Notes: generated by a model not told the origin, from the sequence alone. 64,000 nt of DNA from an uncultured delta proteobacterium (GCA_963820625.1 CAWGAV010000034.1:95-64094), one strand, 5' to 3'; shown: positions 30,501 to 38,469, numbered from the stretch's first letter. Translations and numbers: made by a program.

Positions 30501-30586
30501 GCTGAAGAAATCATTTCCGGCCTTTCAGTCATTCCTTCGGAAGCAGGGGCGGGAGTGACAGTTCGTTGGGGTTTTTCAGCAGCCTG
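30501..30586. repeat. Multi-hairpin intergenic element E2, a shorter variant of E1 downstream of mscL
   Basis: It shares GCTGAAGAAA...CATTCCTTCGGAAGCAGG..GCGGGAGTGACA...TTTTTCAGCAGCCTG with E1. Confidence 0.7.
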
Positions 30587-30609
30587 CCAAAATAGAGCGG
30601 AGAGTAGCA

Positions 30610-31938
30610 ATGGTATCACGGATCATCTACTTCTTCAGGACAGGTATTTGGGAAATCCGATTGAAAGATCTTTCTCCCCTAAAGGCCTTTTTCATTAAAT
30701 ACCTACGCATTATTCTTTTAGCATCGCGAGGATTTATCAGGGATAATTGTCAGAAGACCACTTCGGTTTTGACCTATTATTCTCTACTTAACATTGTTCC
30801 CGTAGTAGCCGTAGCCTTTGCCATAGCCAAAGGTTTCGGCCTTGAAAAACTCATCGAAAAACAAATTCTCCAAATGGCAGATAAAGCCAATTGGCAGGCG
30901 GATGTAACCAATCAGATTATTTCGTTTTCTCATAAGCTCCTTGAACAGGCAAAGGGTGGTTTAATTGCTGGCATCGGCGTGGTGTTGCTGTTCTGGACGG
31001 TGATATCAATATTAGGGAAAATTGAAGAATCGTTAAATGACATCTGGGAAGTGGGGAAATCAAGGACACTGGTAAGAAAATTTAGCGATTATATTGCCAT
31101 GATGGTCTTTACCCCCGTTCTCTTTATCATTTCCAGCAGTACGACCGTCCTCGTGGCAAGCCAGGTGAAAGTGATCGTTAATAAAATCGCCCTTCTTGGG
31201 GTATTCAGTTCGGTGATCTTTTTCCTGTTAAATCTACTGCCTTATGTCTCCATCTGGGTTCTCTTAACAATGCTCTACATCTTGATGCCAAATACTCGAA
31301 TTCCGCTCAAGTCAGCCATTTTGGGAGGGATCGCTGCAGGGACGATTACCCAAATCGTTCAGTGGTTATATATTAAATTCCAGATAGGAGCAGCGAGTTA
31401 TGGTGCCATTTACGGGAGTTTCGCGGCCCTGCCCCTTTTCTTAGCAATGCTTCAAATGAGTTGGATGATCTTTCTTTTCGGTGCAGAAATCGCTTATGCC
31501 AATGAGCATTACGAAACGTTCGGCTTTCATCCAGACTATTCCGGGATGAGCGTTTCATCGAAAAAACTTCTCATGCTTAGGATCTTCCACCTTCTCACTA
31601 AGAAGTTTTCTCTGGGAGAAAAGCCCTCAAGTGTCAGCCAGATTGCCCATGCCTTGGAGATTCCGGTTCGCCTGGTACGGCAATTTCTTCATGAATTAAG
31701 CGATGTGGGTCTGGTGGTGGAGACGGCAAAAGGAATCAAGGGCGAAGTCGCCTTTCAACCAGGACGGACGATTGAAAACATTACAGTCAAATTCGCTCTC
31801 GATGAGTATGAGAAATATGGAACCACAAAGATCCCTGATTATCAATCTGATGAAGCGGTAAAGATTTCAAACTATCTGAAAGATATTTCGGAAACCATCG
31901 AGAAATCCCCTGCAAATGTCCGCTTAAAAGAGATCTGA
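30610..31938 (+). CDS. YihY/BrkB family membrane protein with a C-terminal winged-helix-like domain
   Basis: 442-aa ORF with a multi-TM core (YYSLLNIVP.., LFLAMLQMSWMIFLFGAEIAYA) typical of YihY. Confidence 0.78.
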   Translation: MVSRIIYFFRTGIWEIRLKDLSPLKAFFIKYLRIILLASRGFIRDNCQKTTSVLTYYSLLNIVPVVAVAFAIAKGFGLEKLIEKQILQMADKANWQADVTNQIISFSHKLLEQAKGGLIAGIGVVLLFWTVISILGKIEESLNDIWEVGKSRTLVRKFSDYIAMMVFTPVLFIISSSTTVLVASQVKVIVNKIALLGVFSSVIFFLLNLLPYVSIWVLLTMLYILMPNTRIPLKSAILGGIAAGTITQIVQWLYIKFQIGAASYGAIYGSFAALPLFLAMLQMSWMIFLFGAEIAYANEHYETFGFHPDYSGMSVSSKKLLMLRIFHLLTKKFSLGEKPSSVSQIAHALEIPVRLVRQFLHELSDVGLVVETAKGIKGEVAFQPGRTIENITVKFALDEYEKYGTTKIPDYQSDEAVKISNYLKDISETIEKSPANVRLKEI

Positions 31939-31961
31939 GATTCCTGAAAAATCCTAGTAAT

Positions 31962-32058
31962 CTCTGATTACACCGATTAGGAAACGATTACACAGATTAG
32001 AAACGTATTGAAAATAAAGCAAAATCCGTGTAATCATTTTTTGAGATCTGTGTAATCA
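31962..32058. repeat. Inverted repeat built from the GATTACAC word
   Basis: GATTACAC occurs at 31966 and 31986. GTGTAATC occurs at about 32028 and 32050. The repeat lies between the yihY-like stop and galE. Confidence 0.7.
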
Positions 32059-32136
32059 AGAGAGTGTGAAATAGTTTCTATAGCTCTCGACTTGTTTCAT
32101 TGACAAATATGCCGGGAATCCCTTATAAAAGATTAG

Positions 32137-33123
32137 ATGCCAATAATTCTTATCACAGGTGGGGCAGGATACATAGGAAGTCATGTGGTTAAAGAACTTC
32201 TCCGCCAAGGCGACAAGCCCATCGTCTTTGATAATCTTCAGACCGGCCATCGAAAAGCCGTTAAGAAGCCCCTCTTCATAGAAGGAGACCTATCTGATCA
32301 ACAAAAACTTAAAGAGACTTTTCAAACCAACTCCATTGACGCTGTAATGCATTTTGCAGCCGATTGCTCGGTGGGAGAGTCTGTTCAGAATCCGGTAAAA
32401 TATTTCAACAATAATGTGAAAAATAGCCTGAAACTTATCGAAATGATAGAAGAATTTAAAGTTAAGAAAATTGTATTTTCCTCCTCTGCCGCGGTCTACG
32501 GCGAGCCTAAAGAAATTCCTATTTCCGAGGAACATCCATGTGCTCCAACGAATCCATATGGTGAGACCAAATGGATATTTGAAAAGGTTCTCAAGGCCTT
32601 TCATGATGCCGGCAAATTAAACTACATCTCTCTCAGGTACTTCAATGCAGCAGGAGCCGATCCAGAGGGTGAACTCGGAGAGGATCACTCTCCAGAAACC
32701 CATTTGATACCTTTGGTGATCAAAGCAGCTTTGGATGGAACTTCCGTTCCTGTTTATGGTACGAACTATAATACACCCCATGGAACTTGCATCCGTGACT
32801 ATATTCATGTAACCGATCTCGCCAATGCACATATTTTAGCACTCCGGAAATTAGAACAAGGGAAAATTTCTGCAATTTATAATCTGGGAAATGGTAATGG
32901 ATATTCAGTGCGAGAGGTGATTGAAACGGTTGAAAAGGTAACAGGGAGAAAGGTGACTGCTGTGGATTCGCCAAGGAGGCCTGGGGATCCTGCCCGGCTG
33001 GTGGCCAGTTCAGAAAAGATTAAAGAAGAGTTGGGATGGATTCCCAAATATCCTGATCTGGAAACGATCGTTGAAACCGCCTATCAATGGCATAGAAACC
33101 ATCCCAAGGGATACGGAGACTAA
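32137..33123 (+). CDS. galE: UDP-glucose 4-epimerase
   Basis: 328-aa ORF with TGGAGYIGSH, a YGETK catalytic Tyr-Lys and DYIHV. Confidence 0.92.
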   Translation: MPIILITGGAGYIGSHVVKELLRQGDKPIVFDNLQTGHRKAVKKPLFIEGDLSDQQKLKETFQTNSIDAVMHFAADCSVGESVQNPVKYFNNNVKNSLKLIEMIEEFKVKKIVFSSSAAVYGEPKEIPISEEHPCAPTNPYGETKWIFEKVLKAFHDAGKLNYISLRYFNAAGADPEGELGEDHSPETHLIPLVIKAALDGTSVPVYGTNYNTPHGTCIRDYIHVTDLANAHILALRKLEQGKISAIYNLGNGNGYSVREVIETVEKVTGRKVTAVDSPRRPGDPARLVASSEKIKEELGWIPKYPDLETIVETAYQWHRNHPKGYGD

Positions 33124-33213
33124 AACTAATGTCAGTAAGTCATTGGGTCATTGAGTCATCAAGACACTATGATGCCATGACACTAAGGCGCAAAGACGAT
33201 TTGGAGAAAAACC

Positions 33214-34566
33214 ATGTGCGGTATCTTTGGTATCTACAATCATCTTGAAGCATCAAATCTCGCCTATTTAGGTCTCTATGCCCTTCAGCATCGTGGTCAG
33301 GAGAGTGCTGGAATTGTCTCATCAGACAATAGACAACTCCATCATTACCGACAGATGGGACTGGTCTCCGAAGTCTTCACTAAGGATATCCTGAAGAGAC
33401 TCTCTGGGAAAAGTGCTGTGGGTCATGTCCGATATTCCACGGCTGGATCAAGTGAGCTCAAGAATGCTCAGCCTTTTGTCGCGGATTACTACAAGGGAAA
33501 CCTGGCCATTGCCCACAACGGCAATCTAACCAATGCCTTTCTGATTAAAAGCGAACTCGAATTTAAGGGATCCCTTTTCCAATCGAACATGGATACCGAA
33601 GTGATCGTTCACCTCATCGCACGGTCTAAGGAGAAAAACTCCATTGAGCGGATAGTCCACGCCCTTAAACAGGTTGAAGGGGCCTACTCTTTGCTCATCC
33701 TGACGGAAAAGGAAATGGTTGCCGCGAGAGATCCTTTTGGCTTCAGACCCCTGGTGCTTGGCCAGCTTAAGGAGGCACCTGTGGTTGCCTCCGAGACCTG
33801 CGCTTTTGACCTCATCGGAGCCAAGTTTGTGAGGGAGATCGAACCAGGAGAAATTCTCCTCATTAATGAGGAAGGAATCAAATCTTTCAAGCCTTTTCCT
33901 CAGAAACAACATCATCAGTGCATCTTCGAGTTCATTTACTTCGCTCGGCCGGATAGTTTCCTTTTCAAAAGAAGTGTCTATGAGGTCAGAAAATCATTTG
34001 GAGTCCAACTCGCCAGGGAAGCGCCTGTGGATGTAGATATGATTGTCCCCATCCCGGATTCCGGATTCCCTGCCACGTTGGGCTATGCGGCTGAATCGAA
34101 AATCCCTCTGGAGCTTGGGATGATAAGAAATCATTATATAGGACGGACATTCATCGAGCCTGAGCAGCGAATCCGCCATTTCGGCGTCAAGATCAAACTG
34201 AATCCAGTAAAAGAATTGCTGAAAGATAAAAAGATTGTCACTGTGGATGATTCCATCGTTCGGGCGACCACCAGCCGAAAGATCAACAAGATGTTTCGAA
34301 ATGCCGGCGCCAAAGAGGTTCATGTCAGGATCAGCTCTCCACCGATCACCCATTCTTGTTTCTTCGGCATTGATACGCCAAAAAGATCTGAGTTGATTGC
34401 CTCCTCTCATAAATTAAAGGAGATTCAGAAATTTATTAATGCAAACTCTTTACATTATTTAAGTTTAGAGGGCTTGAAGAAATGCGTGAGGGAGGATGCC
34501 GAACATTTCTGTTACGCTTGTTTTACAGGGGATTACCCTATTCCGTTCCAGATGGATTTAGAGTAA
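33214..34566 (+). CDS. purF: Amidophosphoribosyltransferase
   Basis: 450-aa ORF with the MCGIFGI N-terminal nucleophile, the PRTase loop VTVDDSIVRATT and C-terminal Cys residues. Confidence 0.95.
   Translation: MCGIFGIYNHLEASNLAYLGLYALQHRGQESAGIVSSDNRQLHHYRQMGLVSEVFTKDILKRLSGKSAVGHVRYSTAGSSELKNAQPFVADYYKGNLAIAHNGNLTNAFLIKSELEFKGSLFQSNMDTEVIVHLIARSKEKNSIERIVHALKQVEGAYSLLILTEKEMVAARDPFGFRPLVLGQLKEAPVVASETCAFDLIGAKFVREIEPGEILLINEEGIKSFKPFPQKQHHQCIFEFIYFARPDSFLFKRSVYEVRKSFGVQLAREAPVDVDMIVPIPDSGFPATLGYAAESKIPLELGMIRNHYIGRTFIEPEQRIRHFGVKIKLNPVKELLKDKKIVTVDDSIVRATTSRKINKMFRNAGAKEVHVRISSPPITHSCFFGIDTPKRSELIASSHKLKEIQKFINANSLHYLSLEGLKKCVREDAEHFCYACFTGDYPIPFQMDLE
34544..34565. repeat. att-like direct repeat, left copy (the last codons of purF)
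   Basis: CGTTCCAGATGGATTTAGAGTA matches CGTTTCAGATGGATTTAGAGTA at 39137-39158 at 21 of 22 positions. Confidence 0.8.
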
Positions 34567-34734
34567 AATATTTCCTGTTAAATTCTGATCCCCCATGGAC
34601 TCCCGGATTCTCTGACCCTTAAAGATAAATCGATATACCAGTTCTCTCCTCTCTTGTAGACTGCCATTCAACTCGCCTCCCTTTTTGGCCATTGGCCGGT
34701 TAAGTTTAATTGGGTTCACCTCCTTCCATAACTT

Positions 34735-35127
34735 TTATTCTTCATCCTTAATAGATGCTATTCGTGCATACAGGTGTTTGACTTCTTCCGGTTTAATTCT
34801 TTCCCAAAAGAAAAAAGTTTGGATGTCTATCCTCATCTCGGCAACGGTTTCCTGTAAAGCCTTTGTGATGTCACCTCTTGAAGGTTTAACCATTATTGAA
34901 ACGGCATAATCCATCTTCTTGGCTACATTTTTGCTGCCATACAGCCATAATTTACTTAGTGCTTTGTTTAGCCCTTCTTCGTCTTTGCTTGCTGGGTCAT
35001 ACGCAGCCTTCAAGATGATTGGAAGTATTTCTTCATACACTCTTTGTTTCCCTTCTAAAAATGTCTTGGCACGCCCGAAAACATATCCAACGAATGCCAT
35101 TAATAGCGCTACCAGAATTGCAACCAT
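34735..35127 (-). CDS. Hypothetical protein with an N-terminal TM helix
   Basis: 130-aa ORF (MVAILVALLMAFVGYVFG...). The RBS GGAAAGGAG lies upstream. I recognise no family. Confidence 0.55.
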   Translation of the reverse strand: MVAILVALLMAFVGYVFGRAKTFLEGKQRVYEEILPIILKAAYDPASKDEEGLNKALSKLWLYGSKNVAKKMDYAVSIMVKPSRGDITKALQETVAEMRIDIQTFFFWERIKPEEVKHLYARIASIKDEE

Positions 35128-35193
35128 AAAAACTCCTTTCCTCAGAAACTAAAAACGCCCTAACCCCAGGGTGTTGGTGAGAAGCGTGGCTCT

Positions 35194-35343
35194 TTATTTC
35201 TTCTCTTTCTCTTCATGCTTCTCCAACCATTCATCCAATGCTCTCCGAATCAGCTCCGCCATCGAATAGCCTGTTTTCTTTGACAACCCCTTGAACTTCT
35301 TAGATTGAATCTCAGTTAGATAGATATTGGTCCTCTTCATCAT
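35194..35343 (-). CDS. Ribbon-helix-helix (CopG/antitoxin-like) small protein; not in the supplied ORF track (<60 aa)
   Basis: Hand translation gives MMKRTNIYLTEIQSKKFKGLSKKTGYSMAELIRRALDEWLEKHEEKEKK. The beta-strand (TNIYLTE) plus two helices is the classic RHH pattern. A hairpin plus T-run follows at about 35135-35165. Confidence 0.6.
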   Translation of the reverse strand: MMKRTNIYLTEIQSKKFKGLSKKTGYSMAELIRRALDEWLEKHEEKEKK

Positions 35344-35465
35344 TTTACACTCCTAAATTCGGAATACACCATATATACACCATCATCATTTCTTTGTCAA
35401 GCTTTTTCTCCCGTGGATAGAGAATCCGGGGGACCGTGGTGGTCTGATTTTAGGGTTTGACGCTA

Positions 35466-35494
35466 TTGACTTGCCTTTACAATTTATATATTAT
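35466..35494 (+). promoter_or_regulatory. Candidate sigma70 promoter
   Basis: TTGACT (35466-35471), a 17-nt spacer, then TATTAT (35489-35494). It is about 160 nt upstream of the 35652 ORF. Confidence 0.35.
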
Positions 35495-35651
35495 CCCCTT
35501 GAAATCGCACCTTTCAAAAATCCATTAACCTTTGACTCATAGGGGGTGTGGTCTTGAGTTATGAAGCCTCTTTCTTGGGCAACAGGGATCGATTTTTCTA
35601 TATGGGCTAATTTTCCCCGAGGAAATAAATTACAATTAAGGAACTAAATAA

Positions 35652-36140
35652 ATGCTTTATCTAAAAGTATTAGCGGTTCTTTTAACATCAGCAATTGGTT
35701 TTATGCAGGCGCTCGATAAGAAAAAACACCTCAAAATTTTCCTAATTGTCGGTGTTTTATTTTTATTTGGAACGACCGTGACATCGGAATTCGTAACAAT
35801 CCGAGAAAAAAAGAACCAGGATGGAAAATTAGATGAGCTTTTGACTACAAATAAGGAGCTTAAAGGCCAAGTGACAGGATTGGAAAAAAAACTCGATCCC
35901 TTCATAAAAACTGCTGAAAAACGTTATCCGGATTTAACAAAGGAAGAGGCTCTCAAAAAACTTCAGACTGACATCGAAAAAATTGAGGTTCGTGCTAAAA
36001 TCCTTGAAGAGAAAGTTACCGACCAAAAGGAACAACTGTCAAATTATTTCACGTATGCTGAGGTCGCAACATGGAATGTCCATGGAGATAAATCTGTCGG
36101 TTCGGGTGTTGCGGTAAGTAGTCCGGTTTCTGGTGGATGA
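35652..36140 (+). CDS. Hypothetical membrane protein (2 TM helices plus a coiled coil)
   Basis: 162-aa ORF with two N-terminal hydrophobic helices followed by heptad-like K/E-rich sequence. Its stop overlaps the next start (ATGA). Confidence 0.55.
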   Translation: MLYLKVLAVLLTSAIGFMQALDKKKHLKIFLIVGVLFLFGTTVTSEFVTIREKKNQDGKLDELLTTNKELKGQVTGLEKKLDPFIKTAEKRYPDLTKEEALKKLQTDIEKIEVRAKILEEKVTDQKEQLSNYFTYAEVATWNVHGDKSVGSGVAVSSPVSGG

Positions 36141-36409
36141 AAAATTACATTGAAGATAAAGACGGTCAGCTTAAATGGAAGTGTGATCCTTCTGCCATCG
36201 CTTACTACAAGAGCAAAATTAAAGAACAACCTTATTATCCTTTTCCATACTATTTTCTTGCCATTTGTCTCAAACGAATGGGAGATGACAGCTGGCAGAA
36301 ATACGCAAAAGATGGAATACAGATTCTTGAAAAAACGATCACAATCCCTGGTCATGATCCTGGACATGACGACGCTCTTAAAAGGATGAAAGATCTTTTT
36401 AAAAATTAA
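36137..36409 (+). CDS. Hypothetical small protein, translationally coupled to the upstream ORF
   Basis: 90-aa ORF with an ATGA overlap at 36137-36140. It has a single TPR-like helix pair (YYFLAICLKRMGDDSWQKYAKDGIQILEK). Confidence 0.5.
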   Translation: MKNYIEDKDGQLKWKCDPSAIAYYKSKIKEQPYYPFPYYFLAICLKRMGDDSWQKYAKDGIQILEKTITIPGHDPGHDDALKRMKDLFKN

Positions 36410-36432
36410 ATAATGTCCCCGGTGTAGTCTTC

Positions 36433-36495
36433 AAAAAAAAACAGTATTCAATTTTCAAAGAGCGTGCAGGGTCAGAAATGGCTCTGCTTTTTTTA
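36433..36495. repeat. About 63-nt direct repeat, copy 1
   Basis: A-run..CAGTATTCAATTTTCAAAGAGC..TCAGAAATGGCTCTGCTTTTTT. The last 22 nt are identical to 38447-38468. Confidence 0.75.
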
Positions 36496-36746
36496 TCCCA
36501 TCAAGAATAAAGCCTTCTGAGACCAAAATCCCTGTGGTCTCCCGGAAGACCCCTTCCTCTTAATTTTTAGATCTTGCTTCACAATCCAACATTTCAAATC
36601 GAAATCGCTTATGGTCTATCAAGCTGATGATGAGTCAATAAATATTTATTCTTTGAGACAAAAAAGGTCACAATTCCCCCTTTATTAAAATTTCAATTTT
36701 CAAACAAATCTTTAAAAATCAATGGGTTTAAGCCTCCAATCCCTTT

Positions 36747-36761
36747 TGGCATTGAAATTGC
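36747..36761 (+). promoter_or_regulatory. Sigma54 (-24/-12) promoter
   Basis: TGGCAT-TGAAA-TTGC has the exact GG-N10-GC spacing of the TGGCAC-N5-TTGC consensus. It is about 35 nt upstream of the riboswitch-like leader. Confidence 0.6.
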
Positions 36762-36794
36762 TCTTAAAACAATAGGAGAAAACTAAAACCAACA

Positions 36795-36885
36795 TTGCCG
36801 ATAAAGCCAAACCACGAGTAATCGTGGGACGGAAAGCCACGGGTCCCGAGTTTTCGGGATAGCCGGGTTGCCGAAGCAAAAGGAA
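36795..36885 (+). promoter_or_regulatory. GEMM-I (c-di-GMP class I) riboswitch-like aptamer
   Basis: GCCAAACC-ACGA-GUAA-UCGU-GGGACGGAAAGCCACGGG...AGCCGGGUUGCCGA matches the remembered Vc2 core GGCAAACC-(GNRA hairpin)-GGGACGCAAAGCC.CCGG...GCGGGGUUACCGA. A PilZ gene lies downstream. Confidence 0.75.
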
Positions 36886-36893
36886 TTTTGCGG

Positions 36894-36927
36894 GGCCCGT
36901 GGTCTATATAACCATGGGCCTTTTTTT
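36894..36927 (+). terminator. Intrinsic terminator forming the riboswitch expression platform
   Basis: GGCCCGTGG (36894-36902) pairs with CCATGGGCC (36912-36920), followed by T7. GGGGCCCGTGG (36892-36902) can instead pair with CCACGGGTCCC (36837-36847) in the aptamer. Confidence 0.75.
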
Positions 36928-36945
36928 GGAGTTTCGAGAGGAATT

Positions 36946-37722
36946 ATGAGGTCAACCACAACAAGATGTATTTTTTATCGAGATTCGAAAGGTATTGGCA
37001 TGGGTAAGGGCCTCGGTTACTGCGATTTCGATGGATGCCAATCAGTTTGTGATGGAGATATCCAGTTCTGTGAAAAGCCAGATGTTATGAGGAAATATCT
37101 TTTGGATCAAAAGGGTAAGGAAGAAGGGGGTGGAATAAAAGAGGAATTACTAAATTTGAATAAATTAGAAAGCTTAAATATAAAATCTTCTAATTACCAA
37201 GTTCTTGTAGTGGATGATGAGGAACCAATGAGAAAGCTAATTGTGACTTTATTGTCCCAAAAGGGACATCAATGCGTAACCGTAAGTAATGGTCTTGAGG
37301 CGTTAGATAAAATTAGGGAAAACAAATTTGATGCCGTAATTGCTGACATTGTCATGCCCGAAATGGATGGGGTTGCCCTTACAAAAGAACTCTCTAAACA
37401 TTATCAAAGCCTTCCCGTGATGATAATGACAGGGCATACTGATGAATATTCAGCAGAAACTGCCATTGCTTCAGGTGCACGAGAATTTATTAATAAGCCA
37501 TTCTCAATTGAAGAATTTATCATACGATTTCATAAAATGATGCATGAACATGAAATCCTCTGCCAGATAGAGGCTAAAACTAAAGACATAGTTTTCAATT
37601 TACAAAGAGATTCAAATGAGAAGATCGAAAAACTCAAAGGGGAGATAGAGAATCTAAAAAACAAATTAACCTCTCTTTATGAATTAGGAGGAGCAGTTGG
37701 TTCTAAGAATCATCTCAGGTAG
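36946..37722 (+). CDS. Response-regulator receiver protein with a Cys-rich N-terminal domain and a C-terminal coiled coil
   Basis: The start was moved to ATG 36946 (RBS GAGAGGA); the listed 36868 start lies inside the riboswitch and terminator. The REC motifs are VLVVDDEE, AVIADIVMPEMDG, MIMTGH and INKPF. The N-terminus has 5 Cys (C-x17-C-x4-C-x3-C-x6-CEKPD). Confidence 0.8.
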   Translation: MRSTTTRCIFYRDSKGIGMGKGLGYCDFDGCQSVCDGDIQFCEKPDVMRKYLLDQKGKEEGGGIKEELLNLNKLESLNIKSSNYQVLVVDDEEPMRKLIVTLLSQKGHQCVTVSNGLEALDKIRENKFDAVIADIVMPEMDGVALTKELSKHYQSLPVMIMTGHTDEYSAETAIASGAREFINKPFSIEEFIIRFHKMMHEHEILCQIEAKTKDIVFNLQRDSNEKIEKLKGEIENLKNKLTSLYELGGAVGSKNHLR

Positions 37723-37738
37723 TGGTTAGGAGGATTCG

Positions 37739-38107
37739 ATGGAGAATTTAAATTATAATAAAGACAGAAGAAGATTTCCTCGGGTATTCATGGACTTACC
37801 CTTGGAATATCAAATTATGGATACCCCCAATGCTCATGGAGGACTGGTTGTTAATGTGAGTGAGAATGGCCTTCTAATTCATTCTTTAAAAGACATGCCG
37901 ATAGGAGCAAAACTAAATATTGCAGTTTTGTTCTCCAAGGCATTCGAATTGACCAACTTTGAAGTCTCAGCCGAAATTGTTTGGAAAGACATCCATTTGG
38001 ATGGAGATTGGGAGGGATATGAATATGGATTAAAATATATTCAGATCGGTAAGGATGACCATTGGAAGCTAAGACAACTTCTTAACCATGGAATCATGAA
38101 GGGGTGA
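37739..38107 (+). CDS. PilZ domain protein (c-di-GMP receptor)
   Basis: 122-aa ORF with RRRFPR (RxxxR) and NVSENG ((D/N)xSxxG) motifs at canonical spacing. Confidence 0.85.
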   Translation: MENLNYNKDRRRFPRVFMDLPLEYQIMDTPNAHGGLVVNVSENGLLIHSLKDMPIGAKLNIAVLFSKAFELTNFEVSAEIVWKDIHLDGDWEGYEYGLKYIQIGKDDHWKLRQLLNHGIMKG

Positions 38108-38187
38108 CCCGGTTTCATTTTTAAGGAGAGTCGCTTGAGCACATCAGTAAGATTCCAAATTAAACTCACTAGCAAAAAGGGAAGGCG

Positions 38188-38340
38188 ATGCGAATCAAAA
38201 TATTGAAAATGACATTGTTAGGAGTTGTTATTATCGCTTCCATTACTTTGATCCTTAAGCACCAGATAATTCAAGATTATTTCTTTACTCTGGGATGTCG
38301 TATCGTTGATATAATTAACTTGGTGATAAAAAACAGATAG
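38188..38340 (+). CDS. Possible 50-aa single-TM mini-protein; not in the supplied ORF track
   Basis: Hand translation gives MRIKILKMTLLGVVIIASITLILKHQIIQDYFFTLGCRIVDIINLVIKNR. The RBS AAGGGAAGG lies 3 nt upstream. Confidence 0.35.
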   Translation: MRIKILKMTLLGVVIIASITLILKHQIIQDYFFTLGCRIVDIINLVIKNR

Positions 38341-38404
38341 TAAAGCTGGGGAAAAAGGTTTTGAACGTTGGCTGATCTAGATAGGAGGGGGGTGGAAAGA
38401 AGTT

Positions 38405-38469
38405 TAAAAAATATCTGTATTCAGTTTTCAAAGAGCAAAGGTAGGATCAGAAATGGCTCTGCTTTTTTA
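38405..38469. repeat. About 63-nt direct repeat, copy 2
   Basis: A-run..CTGTATTCAGTTTTCAAAGAGC..TCAGAAATGGCTCTGCTTTTTT. See 36433-36495. Confidence 0.75.

Noticed and set aside
36868-36945. The listed start of ORF 36868..37722 (MPKQKEFCGARGLYNHGPFFGVSRGI...).
   Set aside because: The first 26 codons overlap the riboswitch P3/antiterminator and the intrinsic terminator. ATG 36946 with its own RBS is the sensible start.
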